Part shown: positions 20,172 through 28,931 of the stretch, one piece after another
How the letters are laid out: every line of letters begins with the position of its first letter
Position numbering within the stretch: the stretch's first letter is position 1
Assembly: GCA_046497275.1 (NCBI GenBank)
Contig: JAWOFX010000091.1
Coordinates: 2,582 to 34,581, forward strand
DNA length: 32,000 nt
Direction: 5' to 3'
Source: Promethearchaeia archaeon
GTDB lineage: Archaea; Asgardarchaeota; Lokiarchaeia; Sigyniarchaeales; SOKP01
The notes under the pieces: model-generated
Seen by the model: the letters and a program-made list of their open reading frames with translations, nothing else
The model's database searches: none
What the model was told of the DNA's origin: nothing
Position numbers and translations under genes: made by a program

Positions 20172-20368
20172 TTTTATTACCTTTTGAAATGTTAAATTTA
20201 TATTATTATAATTTCATTAGGATTAATTCTTTGATATAACTTTCCCTATCGTCTATTTTATTGAATAAATTAAGGCTAAAAAATTAAAAAAAATAAAAAA
20301 ATTTAGAATATTTATAACTGATTTTTATTTTTTTATTTGAACAAGTATATATAGGATCAAATATGAGG

Positions 20369-20707
20369 TTAACATTCCAATAGTACTTTATCTTTCAAAA
20401 TTTTTTTCAATTCAGCCATACAATTTTTAAAATCTAAAGCTGACCCTCTTCCTCTTGATTTAGTTTCCTCTTGAAATGATTTTGGTCCTGTTCTCAAAGG
20501 AGGAGGATGTAAAGCTTTTATGGGTTTGTGATTTATATTATTATAATTCAGAGTTCTGATATTAACAACATCCCCAGAAATTCCTAAAATAATATCACGG
20601 ATAAAACCCGAAACCGTTTTTTGAAACGCTTCTGCGGCTTGTTTTATCATCAATTTTTCTTCAGGGGTAACTCTAAATCCAATAGTCTTATTCCTTTTTT
20701 CATTCAT
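20369..20707 (-). CDS. Ribbon-helix-helix protein (DUF1778/MobC-like N-terminus) with extended C-terminal tail
   Basis: KTIGFRVTPEEKLMIKQAAEAFQKTVSGFIRDIIL has the alternating beta-strand plus two helices of RHH domains. Confidence 0.75.
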   Translation of the reverse strand: MNEKRNKTIGFRVTPEEKLMIKQAAEAFQKTVSGFIRDIILGISGDVVNIRTLNYNNINHKPIKALHPPPLRTGPKSFQEETKSRGRGSALDFKNCMAELKKILKDKVLLEC

Positions 20708-20865
20708 ATAAAATTATTTTCAAAATCCTCTTGTTTTCTTTTATTTTTTAAATCATATGTAAATTCCCCTTAATAAATGTTTTTTACTTCTTTGTGAAAA
20801 GTTTATAAGAAAAAGTTATAAAAAAATCTTTTCTCTATATTTTTGGTAAATCATGAGAAGAAAAT

Positions 20866-20929
20866 CCTCAGATTTCCTTTATGACTCAAAAATTCTTTTT
20901 TTTTTATTGATAAAAAGAGAAATTTGAGG
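20866..20929. repeat. Imperfect 11-bp inverted repeat (possible stem-loop) downstream of the GNAT cluster
   Basis: CCTCAGATTTC (20866-20876) and GAAATTTGAGG (20919-20929), one mismatch, 42-nt AT-rich spacer. Confidence 0.35.
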
Positions 20930-20943
20930 TCTCTATTTATAAT

Positions 20944-21522
20944 TCAGTCTCCATTACTCTTCCTTCTTAGCTCTTGCCATTCGCTCCTCAATAATCTATA
21001 CTTATATACATCATAGTACTCTCCATTGACATAAACTTCCTCTTTCAATTCAGCTTCCTTGATTAGGCCAATCTTGTCCTCTGCAACCTTCCAAGATGCT
21101 ATATTTGGTGTGTGAACTCCAGCATAAATCTTATGAAGATCTAATTCCTGAAATGCATAATCAATAACCATTTGAGCAGCTTCTGTAGCATAACCTTTTC
21201 TCCAATACTCAATCTCACCAATTCGGATAAATACATTAGCATTTCGATTAACCCAGTTGATATGATTTAACCCCACAAACCCAATCGGTTTCTTATCTTC
21301 TTTATGCCACATTTCAAAGGATATAAACTCTGGTGTTTGATCTTCATGAGGTTCAAACCATTGATCTATATTATCTTTAGTAATGGGAAATGCATTATGT
21401 GCAAATGTTCGTGCTTCTGGGATATTCATCCATTTTACATATAATTGTTTATGATCAGAATCTGATGGTCTTAGATCAATTCTATCTCCATATAAAAAGG
21501 ATGGTTTATCTTTATCTTCCAT
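20944..21522 (-). CDS. GNAT acetyltransferase, RimJ/RimL/SpeG-like (copy 3)
   Basis: GDRIDLRP, WHKEDKKPIGFVGL, YWRKGYATEA, LDLHKIYAGV..NIASW. Confidence 0.9.
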   Translation of the reverse strand: MEDKDKPSFLYGDRIDLRPSDSDHKQLYVKWMNIPEARTFAHNAFPITKDNIDQWFEPHEDQTPEFISFEMWHKEDKKPIGFVGLNHINWVNRNANVFIRIGEIEYWRKGYATEAAQMVIDYAFQELDLHKIYAGVHTPNIASWKVAEDKIGLIKEAELKEEVYVNGEYYDVYKYRLLRSEWQELRRKSNGD

Positions 21523-21553
21523 TTTTTTCCTCTTTTTTAAAAATTTTTAATGT

Positions 21554-22141
21554 TCATTTAGATTTTATCCAATCTTCCTTGAATATAGCATATTTTCTAG
21601 CATCATGACGTTTTCCATCAACATAGATGAAGTTTTTCAATCGTCCTTCTATTTTAAATCCCACATTTTCGGCACAAGACCATGAAGCTATGTTCGGCTC
21701 AAAAACTCCGGCATAAATCTTATTTAAGTTCAATTCTTTGAAGGCATAATCTAAAATTAATTTAGCTGCTTCAGTTGCTAATCCTTTTCCCCAATACTCC
21801 TTTTCTCCAATGATCATCCATATATTAGCTTTTCTCACTATATAATCAATTCTGCTTAATCCTCCATTTCCTATTACCCGCCGATCTGCTTTATGCCATA
21901 GTTCAAAACCTATATGTTTTTTAGTTTCCTCTTGGGAGGGTTCTTCGAACCATTTTTTAAGATCTTCCTTTGTTTTAGGGATTTCATTTCGGCTAAATAT
22001 TCTTACTTCTTGATCATTTATCCATTTATAATATAACTCTAAATTATCCATATTTCTCGGGAGAAGATCAAGTTTTTCTCCTTTAACAAATGGAACAATC
22101 AATTTTTCCTTCTTTTTATCCTTATTCTCATTATTTGGCAT
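21554..22141 (-). CDS. GNAT acetyltransferase, RimJ/RimL/SpeG-like (copy 2)
   Basis: GEKLDLLP, WHKADRRVIGNGGL, YWGKGLATEA, LNLNKIYAGV..NIASW..GFKIEG. Confidence 0.9.
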   Translation of the reverse strand: MPNNENKDKKKEKLIVPFVKGEKLDLLPRNMDNLELYYKWINDQEVRIFSRNEIPKTKEDLKKWFEEPSQEETKKHIGFELWHKADRRVIGNGGLSRIDYIVRKANIWMIIGEKEYWGKGLATEAAKLILDYAFKELNLNKIYAGVFEPNIASWSCAENVGFKIEGRLKNFIYVDGKRHDARKYAIFKEDWIKSK

Positions 22142-22165
22142 CCATTACACCTAAACAACTATAAT

Positions 22166-22774
22166 TTATTTCTTATTTCTAACAGCTGTCCAATCTTCAC
22201 GAAACACAGCATATTGTCTTTCTGGAAAAAATTTACCTTCCACATATGCCTCATCTTTCAATTTAGCTTCAAGTTCAAATCCAATTTTTTCCGCGGTTTT
22301 CCAACCGGAGATGTTTGGTTCCATTATTGTTGAAATAATTTTCTTAAGATTCAATTCTAAAAAACCATAATTAATTAGTAATTTACCAACTTCAGTTCCT
22401 ATAGATTTCCTTTGATACTGGGGATCTAAAATGATTAAGATATTTGCGAAACGATTAAACCAATTTATGTCAATCAATCCGCACACACCTATAATTTTTT
22501 TATCTTTTTTATGCCAGATATCTAATAATATACTCCTTTCTTCTCCTTTTTCTTTTGATTTAATTTTTTTTTTAATCTCCTCTTTAGTTTGGGGAAATTC
22601 ATTTCTAGAATACATCCTTAATTCTTCTAGATTAAACCACTTTATATAGAGATTGATATGCTCAAAATTTATAGGCAACAAATCAATGGCTTCTCCTTTA
22701 AGGAATGGAGCAATTATTTCTTCTTTTTCATTATCATCTTGCGTCTTCTCTACGTCCTTCCCTTTTTCACCCAT
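22166..22774 (-). CDS. GNAT acetyltransferase, RimJ/RimL/SpeG-like (copy 1)
   Basis: GEAIDLLP, WHKKDKKIIGVCGL, YQRKSIGTEV, LNLKKI..NISGW..GFELEA. Confidence 0.88.
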   Translation of the reverse strand: MGEKGKDVEKTQDDNEKEEIIAPFLKGEAIDLLPINFEHINLYIKWFNLEELRMYSRNEFPQTKEEIKKKIKSKEKGEERSILLDIWHKKDKKIIGVCGLIDINWFNRFANILIILDPQYQRKSIGTEVGKLLINYGFLELNLKKIISTIMEPNISGWKTAEKIGFELEAKLKDEAYVEGKFFPERQYAVFREDWTAVRNKK

Positions 22775-22945
22775 TTTAAATCATGCTCTTGATAATAATT
22801 ACGTGATTTAATTAATCTTTGATCTTATTTAATTGTGTTTAAGAGTACCTCTTTGTAGTGTTGGTTTTCAACTTTAAATCATTTACCACATTAGAGTAAC
22901 TTATTTTGGTATTAAGGATATTAATTTAAAAAAAATTTAGCTCTC

Positions 22946-23641
22946 TCATATAAAGAATCGGATTATCCAAAAGCCAATAGTCACTAAAGTTCCCATTAAA
23001 AATAACAGAGGTCTTCCACTTCCTCCTTGAGGTATCACATCTCGTATAACCATATAAAACAAAACGCCCAATGCGAAGGACAGAACATAATTAGTATAGA
23101 TTTGTTCTAGTTCTAAAATAACCCCCAAGGTCGCCCCGATGATTGGGAGTATGGATAAAAGGATCTTGCTAACCTTATCGTTCAAACGGATGTCTATTGA
23201 ATCCAATGAAATAGAAGAGGATAACATTTGAAGGAAAAGAGGAATAGATAATTCTATCAGCACAAGTGGATCGGTTAAAAAAACAGCTGCGATAATGAAA
23301 CCGACCATAAAATTATCAAATCCAAATCCAAAAATGTGAATTATTTTAAGATCTTCCAATATCTTCTGCTTGTTCTCTACATGACGATAAATATATTTCT
23401 CAGCCAAGTGCATAATTATAAAGCCAATAAGCATAAATAAAAACAGAAGACTTGAGAAATTTATTGAAACCAGATCAGGTATAAGAATTAAGAACAATAA
23501 AGAAATCAATAATCCAGAACTTAAACTGAGGATCTGATCGCGGTATTTTGATGCTAATCCTGAAATCCGGTGACCAAAATAATCCGTTAGTCCCATTACT
23601 ATAGCAACAATATATATTAAAACAATAAGGACCTCATTCAT
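22946..23641 (-). CDS. ZIP (ZupT/GufA)-fold metal transporter-like protein
   Basis: SGLLISLLFLILIPD, GFIIMHLAEKYI and ALGVLFYMVIRDVIP match ZIP TM2, TM3 and TM7 patterns; 7-8 TM. Confidence 0.7.
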   Translation of the reverse strand: MNEVLIVLIYIVAIVMGLTDYFGHRISGLASKYRDQILSLSSGLLISLLFLILIPDLVSINFSSLLFLFMLIGFIIMHLAEKYIYRHVENKQKILEDLKIIHIFGFGFDNFMVGFIIAAVFLTDPLVLIELSIPLFLQMLSSSISLDSIDIRLNDKVSKILLSILPIIGATLGVILELEQIYTNYVLSFALGVLFYMVIRDVIPQGGSGRPLLFLMGTLVTIGFWIIRFFI

Positions 23642-23788
23642 GATATGATTTTTAAAATTCTTTAATAATTCTTAATGATGATAAATTATAGATATTAATA
23701 GTAATAGTTTTAATTATAAAAAAATTCCAGAAATGTCATAATTAGATTTTTGAATGAATTTTGCTTTTCAAAAAAAACAAAAATTGGT

Positions 23789-23807
23789 TTCAAATTTATT
23801 TAAAAAC
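23789..23807 (+). promoter_or_regulatory. BRE/TATA-like motif upstream of DUF4097-like gene 1
   Basis: TTCAAATTTATTTAAAAAC ending 51 nt before the ATG; near-identical copy at 25730. Confidence 0.5.
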
Positions 23808-23858
23808 AACTTCAAATTTTCTAATCATAGAAAAATTACAGAATGGTGAATACCAAAT

Positions 23859-24908
23859 ATGCAAAAAAAATTTATCGTGATTTTGGCGATATCTGCGCTC
23901 CTAACTGCGGGAATTGTGACATTCGGAATTTATGGATATGCAACGGCGGGAAAAGTAGAAAATACTTTTTATTACACCTACTCATCAACTGGAGGAGAGG
24001 TTGAAGATATTAATATCAATACCGACATAGGAATGGTTGTTATTAATTACAACACTACTTCAATGGAATCCTATATGGAAGCTAATATAAATGCGTCAGT
24101 TGAAGGGTTATTTATAGAAGGAAAGCCCTTTGAAGAGTTTTACAACCAACCAGTCACAGCTAATGGATCATCAACTAAAACTCTCGAATTTTCAATGAAG
24201 AGAGATCAATGGTTTAATCCATCGACTTGGTTTTCTGTGAGGAGGGTTGTAATTAATTTAACATTAAGGACTGATGTCGTGTATAATATAAATGTAAATG
24301 TATCTCTCGGAACCATTGTATTGAATGTTCCAGAAAATGTTACTATAGGGAATTTAGGTTTACTTTCTAGTACAGGGACAGTTTCTGTTGATTTGTCTGA
24401 AAACACTAAAATAAACACTGTTGATATTGAAACAAGTACTGGTAAGATCGAATTAGATAGTCTAAAAACTAATTATACTAATGGGATAGACTTAACCACG
24501 AGTACTGGATCCATTGAAGTATCTCTTTCTAATGGGATCATTAATGGAGATATTAACACAGAAACCTCCACAGGAAATTCTTACGTTGATATTTTTAATA
24601 TGACTTATGAAACTAACTCTGTCTGGAGTATTAGGGGATCTACCGGGAATGTATTTCTAAATATTGAGCAAGATGAGAATATGAATGCGAATGTATCAAG
24701 TTCTGTTATAGTGAGCACTGGGAGGATTGAAGTGATTTACCGAGACTGGAGCGTTAATGTGGGAGCTAAGTTTGTGGGATCTACATCAACGGGAATCATA
24801 GACGCGGATCTGCCATATGAATCTTTGGGATTCGATAGTGCAGATTATACATATGACTTCACTCTAGAAACAAGTACAGGAAATATAATTTTCGCTGCAA
24901 TTGAATAA
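23859..24908 (+). CDS. Membrane-anchored DUF4097-like (putative adhesin) beta-repeat surface protein, copy 1
   Basis: N-terminal TM (MQKKFIVILAISALL..), about 9 (S/T)STGxI-type repeats, about 9 N-x-S/T sequons. Confidence 0.75.
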   Translation: MQKKFIVILAISALLTAGIVTFGIYGYATAGKVENTFYYTYSSTGGEVEDININTDIGMVVINYNTTSMESYMEANINASVEGLFIEGKPFEEFYNQPVTANGSSTKTLEFSMKRDQWFNPSTWFSVRRVVINLTLRTDVVYNINVNVSLGTIVLNVPENVTIGNLGLLSSTGTVSVDLSENTKINTVDIETSTGKIELDSLKTNYTNGIDLTTSTGSIEVSLSNGIINGDINTETSTGNSYVDIFNMTYETNSVWSIRGSTGNVFLNIEQDENMNANVSSSVIVSTGRIEVIYRDWSVNVGAKFVGSTSTGIIDADLPYESLGFDSADYTYDFTLETSTGNIIFAAIE

Positions 24909-25055
24909 AATACCTTTTTACTTTATTTTTATTTTTTTAAATTGATTTATTATTTTCTTATGTTAATATATCCAAATTTAACCTTTAGGAATTTCATGAA
25001 CAGTAAAACAAAAAATGAGAAAAAATATAACGTAATTTTAATAATTCTAGTATTT

Positions 25056-25580
25056 TCAGCCTCTTTGAAAGATATCTTTAAAGAGTGCTATAGTTAAAAG
25101 AATCCACACAATTCCCCAATACCAGAAGGCGTGTTGCAGAAATTGAGTACCTACCCACCAAAACAACAATGCACTCCACCAACACATAAATAACACATAT
25201 TGAGCAACTTGTTTTTCTTCAGTGATAAATGAAAGCGGCATTACTCGAAGCCATTTTTCATGCATTTTCTTAAAAAGTTTACAAGCAAACGGATAAAAGG
25301 TTATCATTAAAAGAACAATGAATGTTATAATCCAATAAAGTGCCAATCCTACACTTATCACGGGATTTTTAATAATTTCAAAAATCATCCGAAGTACAAA
25401 CCATACAAATCCCCATATTCCTGCCGTCAGTATGATAAAGTCATCAATTTTTGTATACCCCCATTTACCGAAACGCTCTTTTAGCTCTTTATCAAAAGTT
25501 TTTCCTTCCTTCTTAGGTTTTTTCTCCTTCTCTGGTTTTTCTTTTTCACTTTCTTCTTTTTCTTGTTCTGATTCTGCCAT
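25056..25580 (-). CDS. Trp-rich hypothetical membrane protein with charged N-terminal tail
   Basis: SD-like GAGGT; E/K-rich first ~40 aa; about 4 TM helices; 12 Trp in 174 aa. Confidence 0.75.
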   Translation of the reverse strand: MAESEQEKEESEKEKPEKEKKPKKEGKTFDKELKERFGKWGYTKIDDFIILTAGIWGFVWFVLRMIFEIIKNPVISVGLALYWIITFIVLLMITFYPFACKLFKKMHEKWLRVMPLSFITEEKQVAQYVLFMCWWSALLFWWVGTQFLQHAFWYWGIVWILLTIALFKDIFQRG

Positions 25581-25729
25581 CTTAAATACCTCTAAAAATT
25601 TGTATTTTTTAAGATATAATCTCTAATTTAATTGAATAGTATTCTCCTATTTAATATTTAGTTGAATAATCTATTTATTCTAACTTTTTTCTTTTACGAA
25701 GAAAATCTAATTTAGTTTGAAAAATAAAG

Positions 25730-25747
25730 TTCAAATTTATTAAAAAC
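25730..25747 (+). promoter_or_regulatory. BRE/TATA-like motif upstream of DUF4097-like gene 2
   Basis: TTCAAATTTATTAAAAAC ending 50 nt before the ATG. Confidence 0.5.
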
Positions 25748-25797
25748 TAAGTCTATTGTATATTATTACATACAAAATATTCTCATAGGAAAATAAA

Positions 25798-26826
25798 ATG
25801 CAAAAAAAATTTCTTGCGATTTTATTTATCTCTGCTTTTTTCATTGGTGGAACCTTCATTTTTGGGCTAATTGGATTTTTTACTTATGGAAATATAGATC
25901 AATCTACTACTTATGAATACGTAACGTCTGGAAATGAAACAGAAGCAATAAATCTAAGCGCAGATTTGTCGAATATCAATATAAAATATAATAACACTCC
26001 TATGGATGATCCCAATATTTCTATGAAAGCAGATTTAAAGATCCATTTAGAAGGGATTTTTGTATTAGGAAAAAAATTTTCTGATTTTTTTAACCCAATA
26101 ACCATATTGAATGATTCCTCTATCGGATTAGAGATCAGAAAAAAAAATCTGAACTGGTTTAATCCAACCAATTGGTTCTTGGGAATCTTTGTTAATTTAA
26201 CGATCACCTTGAGAACAGATTTAAAATATAATATTACGGCAGAGGTCGGAACGGGCGATATCATTTTAGAATCTAAAAGTAAGGTAAACCTTAGTCAAAT
26301 TGATTTAAAAACAAATTCTGGAGATATATTTCTTAATGCATTTCAAACTAATTTCACTCAAAATATTTGTCTTCAGACAAGATTAGGAGTTATTTACAGC
26401 ATTTTTAATAATAGTTATCTTAACGGAAATCTTGATCTAAAAGGGAGTGCAGCTGATCTTAATCTAAATGCTATTAATTTTTCACTTCAAACTAATTCTT
26501 TCTGGAATTTGACTACTCGAAAAGGAGATATTAATATTAGAATTAAACAAAATAAAACCATGGGTGCTGATGTAGATATTAACGCATTTATAAGCGATAT
26601 AGGAGATTTAAATTGTTTTTATAATGATACATTAAGTTCAGTAGGAACTCAAATTAGAGGGAACGTAATCCAAGGAGACGTAATCTTAAATGAACCTTTT
26701 AATGGATTTGAAATACTATCGGGAAATTTAATTCAATCAGAAGATTACATTTCTGCGACTTATAAATTTGATATAGATTTGGATGCGGTTATTAGTTTCA
26801 TAAATATATATGCGGAGAGCTCCTAA
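25798..26826 (+). CDS. Membrane-anchored DUF4097-like beta-repeat surface protein, copy 2
   Basis: MQKKFLAILFISA.. TM anchor; shares WFNPxxWF and TLRTD with copy 1; xxGD(I/L) repeats; about 14 N-x-S/T sequons. Confidence 0.72.
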   Translation: MQKKFLAILFISAFFIGGTFIFGLIGFFTYGNIDQSTTYEYVTSGNETEAINLSADLSNINIKYNNTPMDDPNISMKADLKIHLEGIFVLGKKFSDFFNPITILNDSSIGLEIRKKNLNWFNPTNWFLGIFVNLTITLRTDLKYNITAEVGTGDIILESKSKVNLSQIDLKTNSGDIFLNAFQTNFTQNICLQTRLGVIYSIFNNSYLNGNLDLKGSAADLNLNAINFSLQTNSFWNLTTRKGDINIRIKQNKTMGADVDINAFISDIGDLNCFYNDTLSSVGTQIRGNVIQGDVILNEPFNGFEILSGNLIQSEDYISATYKFDIDLDAVISFINIYAESS

Positions 26827-26831
26827 ATAAA

Positions 26832-28316
26832 TTAATCAAAAGACCCTTTTTCAAGTATCTCTCCCACATAATAAAGTCCAACAAGATTACCGCGTCTTTC
26901 AAATTTGCGAGAGACTAATAAAATAATCACATGTTCATTCTCATTTACAACATTTATATCAACTGCAAATTTGACCGATTGTTCGATAATACTCTCAGCA
27001 TCCATATTGAAAAAGTCGATATTTTCTATATGAAATGGTTGGACCCCCCATACTAAATTAATTTCTCGTGCTGTCTTTTTAAAGGGAGTGATGGCAATAA
27101 TGGGCAATTGAGGTCGATATTTCGAAATCATCCTCGCTCCATATCCTCCACGAGTAATTACTAAGATTTTCCCTCGGAAATTCAATTCTTCCATCTCTTT
27201 TGCTAATGAGTGAATTGAATGCCCTAAAGTCTGTGTATGAGTTAATCTATCAGAATCATATTCATCAGGGGTTCTCTGGGACATATTTTCATTTGCTGTA
27301 TAGGCTATTTTATTCATAAATAATACAGCATTTACTGGATATTTGCCAATCGCAGTTTCTGAAGAAAGCATAACTGCATCCGTTCCATCTAGAACTGCAT
27401 TAAACACATCAGCTGCTTCAGCTCGAGTTGGCAACGGAGAGTTCGTCATAGATTCAAGCATTTGAGTAGCAACTATTACCGGTTTTCCTTCTTTATTGCA
27501 TCTATATATTAGGTCTTTTTGTTTTAAGGGCACCTTATCGGGAGAGATTTCCACTCCTAAATCTCCACGGGCAATCATTACCGCATCAGAGACTTGTAAA
27601 ATTTGATCAAAATTAGTTAATGCAATTGGACGCTCAATTTTCGAAACTAATTTGATTTCATTGTTTCCATAATTTTCTAAAATCTTTTTTACTCTTAGAA
27701 CATCATCCCCACCCGATACGAATGAAATCGCAACATATTCAACATCTAATTCTGCTATTAATTCTAAATCTTTTATGTCTTTTTCTGTGGGAACCTTTTG
27801 CTGAATCTTTCCGCTGGGAATATTCACTCCTTTGTTGTTGCTAATCTCTCCACCAGCGATAACTTCCCCTATAAAATGATCTTTCTGTTTCTCTTTTACT
27901 TGAATCTGAATTATTCCATCATTAATATAGAGAAAATCCCCCTCGCTTATAGATTTAAGTAAGCCTTCCAATGGGATAGAGAATTGTTCGGCGTCCCCCA
28001 GAATGTCTTTTTCGAAAATTTTGATTTTGTCACCAGTATGAAGGAAGTATGTTTCGTCATCCTTAAATTCTCCTACTCTTATTTTAGGTCCTTGTATATC
28101 TGCCATAATGCCGATATACTGGGAAAGTTCTCTGATTTTCTTTACCACTTCTTTTTTTTCCTCACGAGTGCCATGCGAAAAATTGATCCGAAATACATCA
28201 ACTCCCGCTTTTATAAGATTTTTAATCATTTGTTTATCATCACTTGCGGGTCCCAAAGTGGCTATAATTTTAATAGTATTTTCACGCATTCTATATCTGG
28301 TTTCTTCTCCGTTCAT
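26832..28316 (-). CDS. pyk: Pyruvate kinase (K+-independent type)
   Basis: KIIATLGP, INFSHG, DIQGPKIR (Lys at the position that marks K+-independent enzymes), ARGDLGVE, ATQMLESM, PTRAE..DGTDAVMLS. An alternative start at the second Met (MRENT..) is possible. Confidence 0.97.
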   Translation of the reverse strand: MNGEETRYRMRENTIKIIATLGPASDDKQMIKNLIKAGVDVFRINFSHGTREEKKEVVKKIRELSQYIGIMADIQGPKIRVGEFKDDETYFLHTGDKIKIFEKDILGDAEQFSIPLEGLLKSISEGDFLYINDGIIQIQVKEKQKDHFIGEVIAGGEISNNKGVNIPSGKIQQKVPTEKDIKDLELIAELDVEYVAISFVSGGDDVLRVKKILENYGNNEIKLVSKIERPIALTNFDQILQVSDAVMIARGDLGVEISPDKVPLKQKDLIYRCNKEGKPVIVATQMLESMTNSPLPTRAEAADVFNAVLDGTDAVMLSSETAIGKYPVNAVLFMNKIAYTANENMSQRTPDEYDSDRLTHTQTLGHSIHSLAKEMEELNFRGKILVITRGGYGARMISKYRPQLPIIAITPFKKTAREINLVWGVQPFHIENIDFFNMDAESIIEQSVKFAVDINVVNENEHVIILLVSRKFERRGNLVGLYYVGEILEKGSFD

Positions 28317-28393
28317 TTTTTTCTTCTCTCACTTAATTCCTTATTTATTTAGTAGATTTAGTATTATAAAAGAAAATCAAACATTAATAATTA

Positions 28394-28855
28394 TTATATT
28401 TTTCCTATATTTTTTATTGTTTCTAGCCTATTTTGAAAGTTGATTTTGAAAGATTTGAGGATATCTAAGTCTTGTGAGTACTCCTCTCGATTTTTAAGTT
28501 CTTTTAACGCTAATAGATTTATACGGTGAGTTTTAGGATATAGACTATACTGGATCAATCTAATATTATTTTTTAGAGCAAAATCCTTAGCTAATTTCAC
28601 AAGCAAATCAGAACTCACATTAGCTAATACAACTGCTAAAAAATATCTGTATTTTGGTTTTTTATCGTAATTTTTTGCGCCAATTAAAAAACTCCTAATC
28701 TCCTGCTCAATAATCTTATATATCCATTTGATCTTCAATTGCTGGTATTTTCCCTTTACTTTCTTGGAAAGAGGGGAGTGTTTTCCTTTCAGTTTTATTG
28801 CATTCGTAGTTTTTTCTTTTATAAAATCTTGAAGATTTCTATTTGACATTTTCAA
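28394..28855 (-). CDS. Hypothetical basic soluble protein
   Basis: 153-aa ORF filling the gap between aor and pyk on the same strand; no motif recognised. Confidence 0.6.
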   Translation of the reverse strand: MKMSNRNLQDFIKEKTTNAIKLKGKHSPLSKKVKGKYQQLKIKWIYKIIEQEIRSFLIGAKNYDKKPKYRYFLAVVLANVSSDLLVKLAKDFALKNNIRLIQYSLYPKTHRINLLALKELKNREEYSQDLDILKSFKINFQNRLETIKNIGKI

Positions 28856-28931
28856 GGAAAAAACAGATTTTGTTAAACTAGTTAATAATGGAATTAAAAT
28901 TTTTGATCTTGAAATAAAAGAAAAGTAAAAA

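Noticed and set aside
20866-20929. Inverted repeat considered as MITE ends
   Set aside because: No target-site duplication, no second copy and no transposase in the window; kept only as a possible stem-loop.
21351-22282. GGTTCAAACC and GTTCAAATCC, resembling tRNA T-loops
   Set aside because: Both are inside GNAT coding sequence with no cloverleaf context.
625-25058. TGA stops checked for selenocysteine read-through
   Set aside because: The TGA-ending genes checked (rfcS, 9731-10414, GNAT copy 3, 25056-25580) end at plausible C-termini, with no evidence that homology continues past the stop.
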